From positions 17,493,256 through 17,557,255 of the forward strand of contig NC_068984.1 in NCBI RefSeq assembly GCF_001194135.2: a DNA stretch of 64,000 bases, written 5' to 3'. Below the pieces are notes generated by a model, which saw nothing but the letters and a program-made list of their open reading frames with translations, made no database searches and was not told where the DNA came from. Numbering within the stretch: position 1 is the stretch's first letter; each line of letters starts with the position of its first letter. This document shows, one piece after another, positions 50,999 to 64,000 of the stretch. This stretch comes from Octopus bimaculoides. Taxonomy: Eukaryota. Made by a program: the position numbers and the translations under genes.

Positions 50999-52159
50999 TA
51001 ATATGAATCACATCTTCCCAGATATGAAAATGATTTTGTGTAGAGCCAGCTTCTCTACCTTGAAAAAACGAAAAGTTAGCTTCAATGGCAATTCAAAACC
51101 AATAAGACCTGAGAGAACAAAGCTTTCCTTCAAGAAGCAGGAATCCAACTGGAGAGAAGCAGAAACATCAACATGAAATGGGAATGAAAGTACAGGTAAA
51201 GGCAGCCCCGGGAGAAGTTGTTGGCCTTTGCTCCATAAGGTGTAAAGTGCTAATGTGAAGAAGTCTGTTCTCTAAGAAGCTTTCTCATCTTAAAACAAAT
51301 TTGAAATCAATTGAAAGGAAGACTATGATTCTCATAGAAAGTGTTAGGAAGTGGTGAGTTTTTTTTTTATTTCTACTTCAAATATATTTTGCATTGTGAA
51401 CTTATCTCATTCATATTTTAGTCAGAAAAAGTAATGTAAAAAATGAAGAATGATAAGATTATTCATTGGTATAAGGAATTATCACTCAACAGTTTTGACA
51501 TCTGACACACACCCAGTAAAGATAACACAGCTATTGATGTTCTGCTCTTACTAGATACTTCTCAATATATCACCACCTGAAATCATTGATTGTATAAACT
51601 TTTATATCATTCTAGAATGACTTGATTATGACACTAGGTCAAATCTAAGAACTTGCTTTTTTTTTTTCTATGGAAGACATTTAAAAAAAACTTATGATGA
51701 ATGCATCTCATAATTCTACCATTCTCTTAACGTCAAACTCATGTCACTCAACATTTTGAGCATTTCAGTGTCAATTTTAAGTGACCCTTGCCATTCTATA
51801 ACTCTTATAGCTACTTTTTTGTGGTTATGGGAGAATAACCAAGGTTTTCCTTTGCATGTTCAGATATGACAGCACTTACCCTAATTCACTGCTTTCAAAA
51901 TATATTCTTTATGTTTGCTGCTCTGACTTTGATCCACCCCAAGTGAGCATCTCAAGTTATGTCTCAAGTTGCTTGTACTCTTTTGAAGAACAATAAGAAT
52001 CTCAGTCGTGGCTGTGTGGTTCAGAAGTTCAATTTTCAACAATGTGACTTTAAGTTCACTCCCACTGCATGGTACCTTCGGCAAGTGTTCCAGATTAAGC
52101 AATCCTCCATGCCATCCTACTGAAAACAGTCAAGCCAAATGTCTAAATGCAACAACACA

Positions 52160-52300
52160 GGCCAGAAATTCCGAGCCGGAAACTACAGCCTAGAAGATGA
52201 GCCTCATCTTGGAAGATCTGTAGAACTTGACAAGGATGTCTTGCAAATCCTGGTGGAACAAAATCCCATCGTAACTGTTGAGGAACTAGCAAAGAAGTTG
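52160..52300 (+). mobile_element. mariner transposase N-terminal fragment
   Basis: KFRAGNYSLEDEPHLGRSVELDKDVLQILVEQNPIVTVEELAKKL (second-HTH region). Confidence 0.8.
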
Positions 52301-53181
52301 CCGGAAAAAGAAAAATCACTACAGAGTGACATCTTAGAAGAATTGTGATGAACCCAACACATCAAGAAATACTGTTTTGCTTTCAGTATCACTCATCAAT
52401 GAAACAGAATTTACTTAGATGGATGGATGGATGGATGGATGGATGATTTTCTGAACTTGGTTTAATCCTGACAATAAATACGAGCCACAAGTTAAGGATG
52501 TTGAAACAAACTGATGTTATTTATATCTGTGTTGAAATGGAATATACCAATGATCAAACTGATACAATAGCAACAAAAAATACGGTCCAATCTGAAGCTC
52601 CATAGGGAATCAATCAAACTCTGGTTCCATTGGTGGTTGCTATGATGTCCACTTGTCGAGGAATCCAGCCCATGTTGCAAGCTCTGGATCTGTTGATGGT
52701 TAATCTCTTGATGGTTGTTGCTTTGACATGCAAAGCAGTTTGACTCAGTAAGCATGTGAGCAGGAACAGTCCAGTATTGATCCAATTATTGAAGAGGAAA
52801 TCGTGGCTCCTACCATATAAATTTCCTCACTGCTCAACAAGAACCTGGAGACCACTGGATGGATTTAAATATTTAAAAGTACTGGTGAATGCTATGAAAT
52901 CGTTATTACTACTTCCGGACATAGAGTATTGCTATACTTTTGTTGGAGACTGGCAGCCAGCCATATGCAATAAAAACGAACATGTTTACACGTGTACTTC
53001 AAATACTGAAGTTGAATGTTTAAGCCAAATAAAACGATTTCATTTTGGCAATTGTTTCTCAACACAACAGCAACGAAAGTGGTGTGACGATGATGATAAC
53101 TGTGGTGATGATGAAAGAAGCAGTGGAAATGAAAGCTGTGGAGATGAGATCTGTAGCAATGACATCACTGGTGATGAAAAT

Positions 53182-53805
53182 TAGGTGCGGATGTGGCTGT
53201 GTGGGAAGAAGCTTGCATCCCAACCACATGGTTCTGGGTTCAGTCCTACTGTGTGGCACCTTGGACTCGTGTTTTCTATTATAGCCTCAGGATGATCAAA
53301 GTCTTGCGAGTGGAATTGGTTAAATGAAACTGAAAGAAACCCGACACACACAAACACAAACACACACACATACACACACACATTGGGCATTCTCATAAAT
53401 AATGCAGTTTTTTCAATTGCCTGAACTAAAAGTCTGAGGGGGACAGGATGAACTACCTAAATCAACTTGCTATAAAAACAGGTAGTAATTTTACCTTGCC
53501 CTTATTCTTAGTGCAAGTGACTGCGTTTATTATTTTACATACATGTGTGTGTGTGTGTGCGTGTGTGTGTGTGTGTGTATGTGTCTTAATGTCTATGTTT
53601 GTCCTCCACCCCTACTTGACAACCAATATGGGTGTGTTTACATCCCTGTTACTTAGCAGTCTGGCAAAAGAGACTGATAGAATAAATACCAGGCTTAAAC
53701 ACAAAAGAAACCTGGGATTGATTCATTCTACTAAAAGTTCTTCAAGGCAGTGCCCCAGTATGGCCACAGTTTAATGACTGAAACATGTAAAAGATAAAAG
53801 ATAAA
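53182..53805 (+). mobile_element. SINE family A (diverged, split by about 160 bp in the microsatellite region)
   Basis: Head at 53182, 3' half at about 53545-53805. Confidence 0.75.
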
Positions 53806-54361
53806 ACTACATACAATGAATGTGATAATAACAGAGGATAGTAACATATAAGTGGCTCCAGGACAGGCCTGATAAATTAGACCTATTGTCAAAGCAATTA
53901 CAGCTGTGACCATCCTGCATTTTGCTATAGAACAGCTTTGATGATAACAGGTCACAGTGAAATTTTGGCTGTCTTGACTGGTAAGAATAACTGTGACCAC
54001 ACATTAGCTGTAGGTGTTGTTTGATCTCAGGTTATGCCTGATCAATTAACCAAGTTATCAATAGTTCCCGCTGTGACTGTCCTGGATTTTGCTAGAGAAT
54101 AGCAAAGATGAAAGCAAATCACAGTAAAATGTTGTTTGCAAAGTTTGGTAACAGTAACTGTTGACCAGAGACCTGTTATCTCCTGCATGTCTTGTGGTCC
54201 GTGTTGCTTGTATCTTTCCTTTGTTGACTTACAAAGGAGGGTTCAAGAGGAACATCAGTAACATCAACCTCCGTCAAGGTCCTGGGGTCGGTTTGTTTGA
54301 CTAAAAGGTGGTATGCCAGCATGGCCACAGTCAAACGACTGAAACGAATAAAAGAATACAT

Positions 54362-54752
54362 TCTTTTTTACTTGTTTCAGCCATTGGTCTGCAGCTACGT
54401 TAGGGAACCGCGTCAAATAATGTTTAATGGAATAAATCATTCCCAGTACTTGTTATGTGTCTTTAAGCTTGGCAGTTGCTCTGTTGGTCGCTTTTGCTGA
54501 ACTGCTAAGTTACAGGGACATAAAAACACCAACACCAGTTGTCTAGTGCTAGTGGAGGACAAACATTATACACACATACATATATACAACAGGCTTCTTT
54601 CATTTTTCCATAAATCAAATTCACTCACAAGGCTTTGGTTGGCCTAAGACTATAATAGAAGATAGTTGCCCAAGGTGCCAGACAGTGGGACTGAACAGAG
54701 AACTATGCGGTTGGGAAACAGACTTCTTACCACACAGCCATGTCTGCACCTA
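54362..54752 (-). mobile_element. SINE family A, tail-to-tail with a + strand tail fragment at about 54270-54355
   Basis: Colinear with other family A copies. Confidence 0.8.
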
Positions 54753-55266
54753 TATACATAATTTACAATTGTTTCGCTTGAGCTTTATCTCATGAATATT
54801 TCTTTATTATGTAATAAAATATACAGCTATTGATTCTTTAGGCATCATTGAAACTATACATACTGAATATGTCTCATCAGAATTATGAATAAAAGTGATT
54901 TGAGCTAATGACTTTTATGCGTAATTCTGAGGAGTTGAATTTGTTATGATTACAAGGATACCTTAGGAATCAATAGTTACATATATTAATGTTTAATATA
55001 GCAATATTCATGAGATCAAATCCAGACGAAACAATTGTAAATTGATTTGATAAGAAGATTTGCTCACTTCGTTCTTCTGGTTTATAATTCTAAAGCTATA
55101 TGGATATTTGTGGCTTTTCAGAAGTGCACTTGATAAAACAAACCTTCTCTGGATTACTGTCTTGTCTGATAGCCTGTACCAGTGAGTGAGCTTAATAGGG
55201 TAAACTCCAAGGTTAATACCTGAATGAAAAATTATATAGATATTATTATTATTATTATTATTATTA

Positions 55267-55321
<55 letters not shown>

Positions 55322-55765
55322 GTTCAGTAGTTTTATTTTTATAACGTGCTTTCACTTCACTACCGAGCGCAGCTCTGTGCGCCTTGGGTATGTGCTGTGG
55401 TTTGCTGTGGTGCTCTTATGTTTACTGCATTGAAAGTGTTTTGCGTAGAATGTGTGCAGTACCCAGTAGTGCAATTTTCTGTATGTTATATATATTTGTA
55501 AGTCCTGGTGTTTTTGTTATGTATTTATCTGAATATTTTTTTATTATACCTAAGGCACCTACTATGATAGGAATTGTTTCTGTTTTTAGACTCCACATTC
55601 GAGTTATCTCTATTTCCAGGTCTTCGTATTTTGAAAGTTTTTCCATTTCTTTTAGAGAAACGTTGTCATCTGCTGGTATTGATACATCAATTAGAAAGCA
55701 TTTTTTTTCTTCATGATCTTTGACAACTATATCTGGTCTATTTGCCTTAATTTCTCTATCTGTGT
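55322..55765 (-). mobile_element. R4/Dong-clade LINE 3' end (restriction-like endonuclease) inserted in (TAA)n
   Basis: Minus strand PDIVVKDHEEKKCFLIDVSIPADDNVSLKEMEKLSKYEDLEIEITRMWSLKTETIPIIVGALG...QKIALLGTAHILRK (PD..D..K motif), uninterrupted; (TAA)n on both sides. Confidence 0.9.
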
Positions 55766-55839
55766 GTTATTATTATTATTATTATCATTATTATTATTAT
55801 TATTATCATCATCATCATCATTATTATTATTATTATTTC

Positions 55840-56059
55840 AAGGCTGGCAGGCTGGCAGAATCGTTGGCACACTGGATGAAATGCTTAGCGGTATTTCACC
55901 TGTCGCTATGTTCTGTGTTCAAATTCCACAGAGGTCAACTTTGCTTTTCATCCTTTCAGGGTTGATAAATTAAGTACCAGTTGAGTACTGGGGTTGATGC
56001 AATCGACTTAACCCCCTCTCCCGAAATTTCAGGCCTTGTGCCTTTTATAGAAAGGATTA
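55840..56059 (+). mobile_element. SINE family B
   Basis: Colinear with 46041-46260. Confidence 0.85.
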
Positions 56060-56643
56060 TTTAACATCCATTTTCCATGCTGGCATGGGTTGGAGGGTTT
56101 GACAGGAGCTGATAAGCTGGAGAGCTGCATAAGACTCCACTGTCTACTTTGACATGATTTCTATGGCTGGGTACCCTTCCTAATTCTAACCACTTTACAG
56201 AGTAGACTGGGTGCTTTTTATGTGGCATCAGCACATGGCACCGGCACCAGCAAGGTTGCCAAGATGTGGGGTAGCCATGTATCTTCACTATAGCAAGACA
56301 CCTATGCTTGTCCCTCTACCTTACTTTTAACTCTCTAACACCTGGTATAAAACCACCACACTTCCCTCACAAATACTCCACTCCACTTAGCTGAGGAGGC
56401 TTTTTCTTTCTCCTTTTCCTTTTCTTGTCTTTCCTGTCTTGCAAGTTTACTTGGTGACCTCACTAGTGCTGGTGCCAGGAGAAAAGCACCCAGCCCACAC
56501 TGTAAAATGGTTGGTGTTAGGAAGGGCATTGAGCCATAAGAACCATACCGAATCTAACACTGGAGTATGACACAGCTCTGTGGTTCACCAGCTCCTGTCA
56601 AACTGTCCTACCCATGACAACATGGAAAACAATAATAATAATA

Positions 56644-56710
<67 letters not shown>

Positions 56711-56737
56711 TTAATAATAATAATAATAATAATGATA

Positions 56738-56769
<32 letters not shown>

Positions 56770-56804
56770 CATTATTAATAATTATTAATAGTTATTAATA
56801 ATTC

Positions 56805-57630
56805 CATGGAGCCACAACAGAAGTTGATGGAAAAAATAGGTAGGATTGACTGATGAAAGGAACCCTAAAAGAAGAGACCGAGAGCATTAAACTAGCAGCA
56901 CAGGACCAAGCTCTAGCCATGAAAAGGAGGGTCAACCTGAGGAATGAGCAAGTGTCTCCACTGTTCTGCATCTGCAATCGGGTGGATGAAACCATTGCCC
57001 ATATCACGAGTGGATGACCTCAACTTGCCCAAAACCATTACAAGTTATGGCGACATGACCAGGTAGTGAAAGTGCTCCATTGGAAACTGTGTGAAAAGTG
57101 GGGGCTAGAGAGAGGCAAGAGGCAGTATGAGAGTGGCAGAGTTGGAGACTAGCAAAATCTTCTGAGATTTCCCAATCCAAACATATCAGGGGCTAGAGCA
57201 TATCAGACTGGTGGACCTAGTGGTGGTTGACAAGGTGCACCACATATGCTATATAGTTGATGTTGCATACCTCTTTGACCCATGAATAGTCAAAAAGGAA
57301 GGCGAAAAGATAGATACAACCAATTTAAGTACAAAATAGCCTGGTTATGGAAAATAAAGAAGGTGATGATAGTGCCAATTATTGTTGGGTGCTTGAGAAG
57401 AATATCAGAAGGCATCAAGGGGAATATAAAGGAAATTGGAATGGAGTGCCCAGTAGAACTGTTATAAAAGGTTTGCCTCCTTGGCACGGGAAGAATAATC
57501 AGGAGAGTATTAGATAGCTGAAAAGAACGGATAGCATGGTACCATAGGCTGCAGGTAGTAAGCCTGCTATGCATGCCAGACTCCAGGAGCTCCAACAAAA
57601 CCTGTGTTGAAAAGAAATAATAATAATAAT
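56805..57630 (+). mobile_element. Second R4/Dong-clade LINE 3' fragment (degraded)
   Basis: LKEETESIKLAAQDQAL...CICNRVDETIAHITSG...RHDQVVKVLHWKLC; VDLVVVDK..CYIVDVA..FDP; IVPIIVG...VCLLGTGRIIRRVL; (TAA)n tail. Confidence 0.85.
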
Positions 57631-57696
57631 AAAAATCGTGTTAACTGGAACGACTCATGTACTGAGAAGAGCATTATCGCTGTGAAAACAACATCC

Positions 57697-57733
<37 letters not shown>

Positions 57734-58357
57734 GTTTAACGTCCGCTTTCCATGCTAGCATGGGTTGGACGATTTGACTGAGGACTGGTGCAACCGGATG
57801 GCTACACCAGGCTCCAATCTAATTTGGCCATGAATTTATTTATTTATTAATTTTTTTACATACATATTTTACCTGTGAATTTGTGTGTGTAAACTGGGAA
57901 TGCATACAATGAGGTGTACGGAAAACACTCGGCGAGAAATGGAAGAAAATTTGAAGAAAGAAAATTATAATAATAATAAAAAAATGCCCAGATGCATTTG
58001 TTTGACCTTAACCAGTTGAACATGTCTTTTGATGGCTGACAATATGTGCATCTCTGATCACGAGCAGAAGTAGTGGAGAAGCATCATAGCCATGTGTTGA
58101 GAGGAATACTTTGGAGTTTGAATAATTCGCTTCTGGAAACATGGGTGTTTCATTCAACATCCTTAAACAACCCTTCTTCAGGGACCTTTTGAGCAGGATG
58201 GGCTACTCAACCTGAAGAAAATTCTTACTGAGCTCCACCTGCAAGATCATGTGCCGTTTCTCTTGATATGAGATCGCCATGTTGCACACATGTGGTTGTG
58301 ATGCATGTGCCTGGGCTTCGTGTATTGTACCCCCAGTGTCATTTTGATGGCATGCTC

Positions 58358-58400
<43 letters not shown>

Positions 58401-59926
58401 GTAGTAGTAATAATAATTACCCATATAAATTCTACCAGGAATAAGAATGAACCTGAGTCAAATCAATGATGATGATTATGATGGTGATGATGATGATAAT
58501 AATAATAATAATGGAGACTGCTGTCAAAGCTTTGAACATTTCAAATTATTGGTAAATGCTAATGGAACACTTTTGTGATTGTATACTTCAGGATAGACAA
58601 ATCAGAATGTGTTACTGCAAGTAAATGTGAGTCTTGATTCCTATACCCAGTATTTTTATCTAGCTTGGTAGACATTGTAGGCAATACATATTGATTGATT
58701 TCATACTGTGGCCATCAGCTATATAATAAATATGACTTGGAATCAAATATGATTTGCTATCAAGTATTATTTGTTTACATACCTTCCCTCTTCAGTATGA
58801 AATGCCTTGTTGTTGTTGCTGTTGGTGTTGTTGAACTTCTAGATAACTCTAACTGAGCAGATGTCTAATCAAAAGCGTTCCAGCTGTGATCATCCTGTAT
58901 TTTTGGTTTTTCTCCGGTGGATTACATTATGCAATCTGTCTTTGTTTTTAAGTAAGTGGGATATAATTTGAGGGAGATTTGGTTGCTGTTTCTAGCAAGT
59001 TGAGCAGTTGCTTAAAGGATCCCTCACTGGTTCACCTTGGAATGTCTTGGCGCTGAAGATTGAGATGACGATGCATTGAAATGACATAACATAGGAAGCT
59101 ACAACATGAGAAATCGCAGAACTGATTAAGAGAGACAGGGGCAGAGACAAAAGGAAAAAAAGCAACAAAATCCTCCCAAAAGCAAACTGAAAAATCTGTT
59201 CTGTTTCTCATAGGTCATTTGTCAGATAGATGAAAATAGTGTTCTTTGTAGAGGTTTTATTAAATAGCTGAATTCCCAGAACAAAAGGAACCTTCATGTC
59301 AGGTGAAATATGACTAATACTGCCAGTATACTTATTGTCAAATATACACAGTATGTTGCACTGTCATCTCTTCATCTCCTCATCTCCTCAACTGCTTTGC
59401 TGTGTGTTATGTCACATGAGATTAGCATGCGCCTTCACAAATGGGAATTATATATAAAAACACTAATATCAATTTACTTGAAACTATTGCGATATCAAAG
59501 TATGGCAAGCTTTGAAATTTGTGATTATTATTGGGTTGGTTCCTTTATATTTCTGTTATTAAGTCTTGCAAAGAACAAGTGATGGCATGATGCCACTGTT
59601 TATTATTATTGATAAACCACAATCAAATTATCTATAAATACTTCCTTTAGTCATCCTCTCTCTGCTATAATTATGCAGTCTGGTAGTTCTAATGGAACTA
59701 TCCTTTAATGGAACTATCCTTATGTAAGAAACATTATCTAATGTTAGCTTTTGGAAATATGCAGGAATTTACAGAATGTGTCATTTGAAAAAACATTTCA
59801 CTGATATGACAGGACAGTTTAAAAATGATGGTTGTTGTGACTTTGTTATATTTTGTGATGTTGTATTGATTTTTTTGTTGTTATTATCATCATTATCAAT
59901 ATTAGTGATATACATACATACATACA

Positions 59927-59957
<31 letters not shown>

Positions 59958-60003
59958 TTGCATAATATCGAGGTCTCTTTCTTTCTTTTGTTGTCCTTCC
60001 TGT

Positions 60004-60048
<45 letters not shown>

Positions 60049-60139
60049 GTATTATACACAAGGTTTAGGTGTTTCAGAGGTACAGCCCCCTAAAAATCCC
60101 CTACGTATTATACTCAAGGGCAGACTATATTCGAGGATT

Positions 60140-60410
60140 TATAGTATTTATATATATTATTAGCCAGATGCCCTCTCTGTGCACAGCATGTGGCTTGCTG
60201 AGACTCCATTTTCCTCTGGGTTGTGCTGTATGCACTCAATCAGTCAGGCTCTTGTTTCTAGTCCATTCTTTGATGTTGTCAGTCCACAAATGTCTTTGAC
60301 AACCTCTTTCCCTCTTCCCCTCGAAATTTCCTGTCAAGATGGTCTTAGGCAGTGACTCATGGAGCATTGTATACCCATAACTTGATAGTTTTCGGACTTG
60401 ATTCTCAACA
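60140..60410 (-). mobile_element. RTE-clade LINE 3' end
   Basis: RKLSSYGYTMLHESLPKTILTGNFEGKRERGCQRHLWTDNIKEWT matches the RTE C-terminus (L.KTIL.G..EG.R.RGR....W.DNIKEWT). Confidence 0.8.
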
Positions 60411-60416
60411 ATATAT

Positions 60417-60612
60417 GGGAATGCTGTAAAGTTCCTGGCTTTGGATAAAAGAAATTACATGAGGATCACTTAAAAATGATTTTATTCAACATATTCCCCT
60501 TTCAGATTCACTCACTTATTGCAGCTGCCCTTCAGTTTTTCTAAGCCCTGTAAAAGAATTCAGAAGGTTGGGTCTCCAATCAGGCCTTTCACCAGGAACT
60601 TTTCAGCACCTC
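60417..60612. mobile_element. mariner-derived MITE
   Basis: TIR core TGCTG(T/A)AAAGTTCCTGG at 60422-60438 and 60592-60608; internal minus strand retains a transposase C-terminus-like ..NK*VNLKGEYVE*. Confidence 0.75.
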
Positions 60613-61607
60613 AATGTAGGCAATGCTGTTTGAAACAGGTTCATAGCCTGCAAAATATTCGTTGGGAGTCAGCTACAGTTATCTTCCCTGTCAAATGTTC
60701 TTGAACATTCCAAGCAAAATGGGTTAGCTCCCCCTTTGCTAGCATACAAAGCATAACTGCTAAACCACACACAAGAGGGCATTACAAGCAATATCACTTA
60801 CTTAAGAGACAAATTGCACCAATACCAACCAATCAGAGTAGTGGACACAACAGGCTCCAAATAGTGGACAAAGGCTAGCTGCTCCCTGCTACATTCGAAT
60901 GCACATATATATAATAAATGGGATAGAGGAATTTCAGCTGAGTCTATACCACATCCTTGTAGGTGTCCTTGGACTTTCAGCTTTTCTAGTACTGCAGCAT
61001 TTCCTACCCTGTCTTTTTGGCTTATCTTGCTTCATCTGTGAAAGATCCAAAACTCAAAGGCCTTCATCTTCTCCTCCATCGATGTGTACATAGTGTCTAT
61101 TTGTCTATGTTGTCTGTTAATCACTTCAGTCAATGCCTTACACGACGTAGTTTTCTGGCAACAATATCTCACTCAAATTGTCATCTTTTCTTCATCATTT
61201 ACAATCAGATTATCTTTAGCTCAACAAGTTCATCTTACAATTGTTTTGTTTTCTTGAATTCAATGTCGTTGTTTATCTTTCACCACCAACGTTCAATCAT
61301 TGAATGTCCAGAAGATAATATTTATTTTATTTCTTTATAGATATTGAAACCTTTCCAAATTTTCATCTGCCTGATCGTGGCAATTACTAGGACAATTGTC
61401 ATCGTTGCTGTCGTCATCACCATCATCCTTCTCCTTGATGTCATTACTGCCACTTCTACAACCACCACCACCACCACCACCAATGCTACCACTACTGCTG
61501 CCACCACCATCACCTCCACCACTGCTACTGCTGCCGCCCCCACTGCTGCTGCTACTGCCACCACTACCACCACCACCCGCAGCAGCCATGCCATTATTTC
61601 AGATGTC

Positions 61608-61825
61608 TAAGGTGGTGAGCTGGCAGAAATGTTAGCATGCTGGACAAAAGGCTTAGTGGTATTTCGTCTGTCTTTACGTTCTGAGTTGAAATTCCATCGG
61701 GGTCGACTTTGTCTTTCATCCTTTTGGGGGTCGATAAATTAAGTACCAGTTGCGCACTGAGGTCGATCTAATCGACTGGCCCCCTCCCCATAATTTCGGG
61801 CCTTGTACCTATAATAGAAAGAATT
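61608..61825 (+). mobile_element. SINE family B
   Basis: Colinear with 46041-46260. Confidence 0.85.
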
Positions 61826-62154
61826 ATTTCAGATGTTTATGTAACTACAAACAGGCAAACACAGTCAATGCCTCGACCCTCTCAGAGCTGACAAAATGGA
61901 CATTGAGGACGAGACAGCTAGAGGGAGAGAAGTAGACAAACCAGCATTTACTTGGAACTTAATTATTCCCAGCTTGGTAGATTGGATCAGCATGAAATGA
62001 AATGCCTTGCTCAAGACCATAATGCACCATCCAGTCCAGGAACTGAAGCCCAACCCTTATGAATATGAGCCTGATTATCCTAACCATTAGGCCATGAACT
62101 TTTACCTTGTTGTAATTTATGTTCTCAACCGTTCAGCTTATGAGATTCTTATTC

Positions 62155-62530
62155 TTTTTATTCTTTTACTTGTTTCAGTCATTTGACTGCGGCCATGCTG
62201 GAGTATCGCCTTTCTGTTGAACAAATCGACCCGAGGACTTATTGTTTGTAAGCCTAGTACTTATTTTATCGGACTCTTTTGCCGAACCACTAAGTGACAG
62301 TGACGTAGACACACCAGCATCGGTTGTCAAGTGAAGATGGGGGTGGGGGGACAACCCCCCCCACACACTCATACGACGGGCTTCTTTCAGTTTCAAATCC
62401 ACTCACAAGACTTTGGTCAGCCCAAGGCTATAGTAGAAGACACTTGCCCAAGGTGCCATGCAGTGGGACTGAACCCAGAACCATGTGGTTGGTAAGCAAG
62501 CTACTTACCACACAGCCACTCCTGTTCCTA
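62155..62530 (-). mobile_element. SINE family A
   Basis: Colinear with other family A copies. Confidence 0.88.
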
Positions 62531-63049
62531 TGTATTTAGAAAAGTGATATTTTTTTTGGTATATAAGTTAATAACATTAGTATTTATACTCCTGACCATT
62601 ACAGAGCTTCCCAGGCCAGTGAGACTGATGTGGCTAATGTTTAGTTTAAAGAAATGTTTATTGTGAAAGCAGACATAGTTAAAGAATGGTGACACAGGCT
62701 GAGTGTATGTGCATGTTTGCATGTGAGTGTGTGTGTTTGCATTTGTATGTGTATGCGTGGGTGAGTGTGCATGTGTGTGTTATAAAATTGAATGTGTTAT
62801 TAATAAACTGAGAGCATTAGTGATTGAGAAACACACATCTATCTCTCTCCATTTACCCTCCGCACTACAAATAAACATTAGATACTTATGTATACACGCA
62901 TATATACATAAATATAATGTATAATTTTTCATACAGTCAGCTCAAGGAATAGAATAAGTGTCCATAACTCCAGCAGACCCCCAACACATACATACACATA
63001 CAATTACACGTGTCTCCACATATATATACATGCTCAGAGATATATTACT

Positions 63050-63050
63050 G

Positions 63051-63097
<47 letters not shown>

Positions 63098-63482
63098 TAC
63101 GTATGTATATGTATATCTATATCTATATATGCATCTATATATATATAGCTCTATGTCTATAAGTATATCTCTCAATCTCTTTCTCTATATATATATAATA
63201 TATATATATATTTATATATGTATGTATGTATGTGTGTGTATGTATTTATGCGTATGTTTATGTGTGTGTGTGTGTGTGTATGGTATGCATGTAGTTATAC
63301 ATAACAATCCTTTTAAAGTTTACTCACAGAGCAGACAATCTCTCTATCTATTTCTATATATATTTTGACACAGCAGAGTACGAGTAAATGACAAACTGAG
63401 TTTATTGATCTCCAACGCACACAGAGAAGAATGGAGTAGACATTAGTATTAACAAAGCAACAGAGAGAGAGAAAGAGAGAGA

Positions 63483-63529
<47 letters not shown>

Positions 63530-63818
63530 GGAGGGAAGGAGGCAAATATTTATGTCTAAAAAAAATATAATAATATGGAAATATATGGGAAGAAGAAGAA
63601 GATCAAAATCCTCTCTCTAAGTCTATTAGTCTTGATATGGGGTGAATCAGTCATGTGTAAATGTATGTAGTGACATTTGCATATGTATCAAGGATATATA
63701 TGTATTTATGCAAACCTATTCATGCTAAGTTTATCTCTGCCTTGTCTCTCTCTATTTCTTTCTTCCTTACATTCTTTCTTTCTTCCTAACATTCTTTCTT
63801 TCTTTCATTTCTCATTTT

Positions 63819-63871
<53 letters not shown>

Positions 63872-63964
63872 TTATCTATCCCTCTCTCCTTCTCTCTATC
63901 TATGTAACTATTTATAAATAAATGTGTGTATATACATAAATGTGTATATGTGTATATATTACAT

Positions 63965-64000
<36 letters not shown>
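63050..64000. repeat. Mixed (TA)n, (TG)n, (GA)n, (TATC)n microsatellites
   Basis: Direct reading. Confidence 0.9.

Overview
AT-rich eukaryotic (metazoan) genomic DNA with several N gaps and no long intact ORF. The repeat families and the dense TA/TG/GAT/AAT microsatellites suggest a cephalopod, probably an Octopus scaffold (inference from recalled repeat families, not from a search). The window is dominated by mobile-element debris. It contains about 50 copies or fragments of at least five SINE-like families, two TIR-bounded IS630/Tc1/mariner elements (DD37D maT-type and DD34D mariner), MITEs, a 2.3-kb Tx1/L1-clade LINE, three RTE-clade 3' ends, two R4/Dong-clade LINEs sitting in (TAA)n, and a Penelope-like GIY-YIG remnant. 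The most notable signal is five hammerhead-ribozyme (HHR) motifs from at least three unrelated sequence families. Two look essentially intact (34627-34761 and 42708-42753, both minus strand) and have palindromic stem III, the dimer-type architecture known from Penelope-like elements. There may also be a tRNA-headed HHR-bearing non-autonomous element, and one SINE shares its 3' tail with the Tx1 LINE. Short splice-site-bounded open segments hint at a host gene, but I could not identify it. SINE family letters A-F are my own labels and their end coordinates are approximate.
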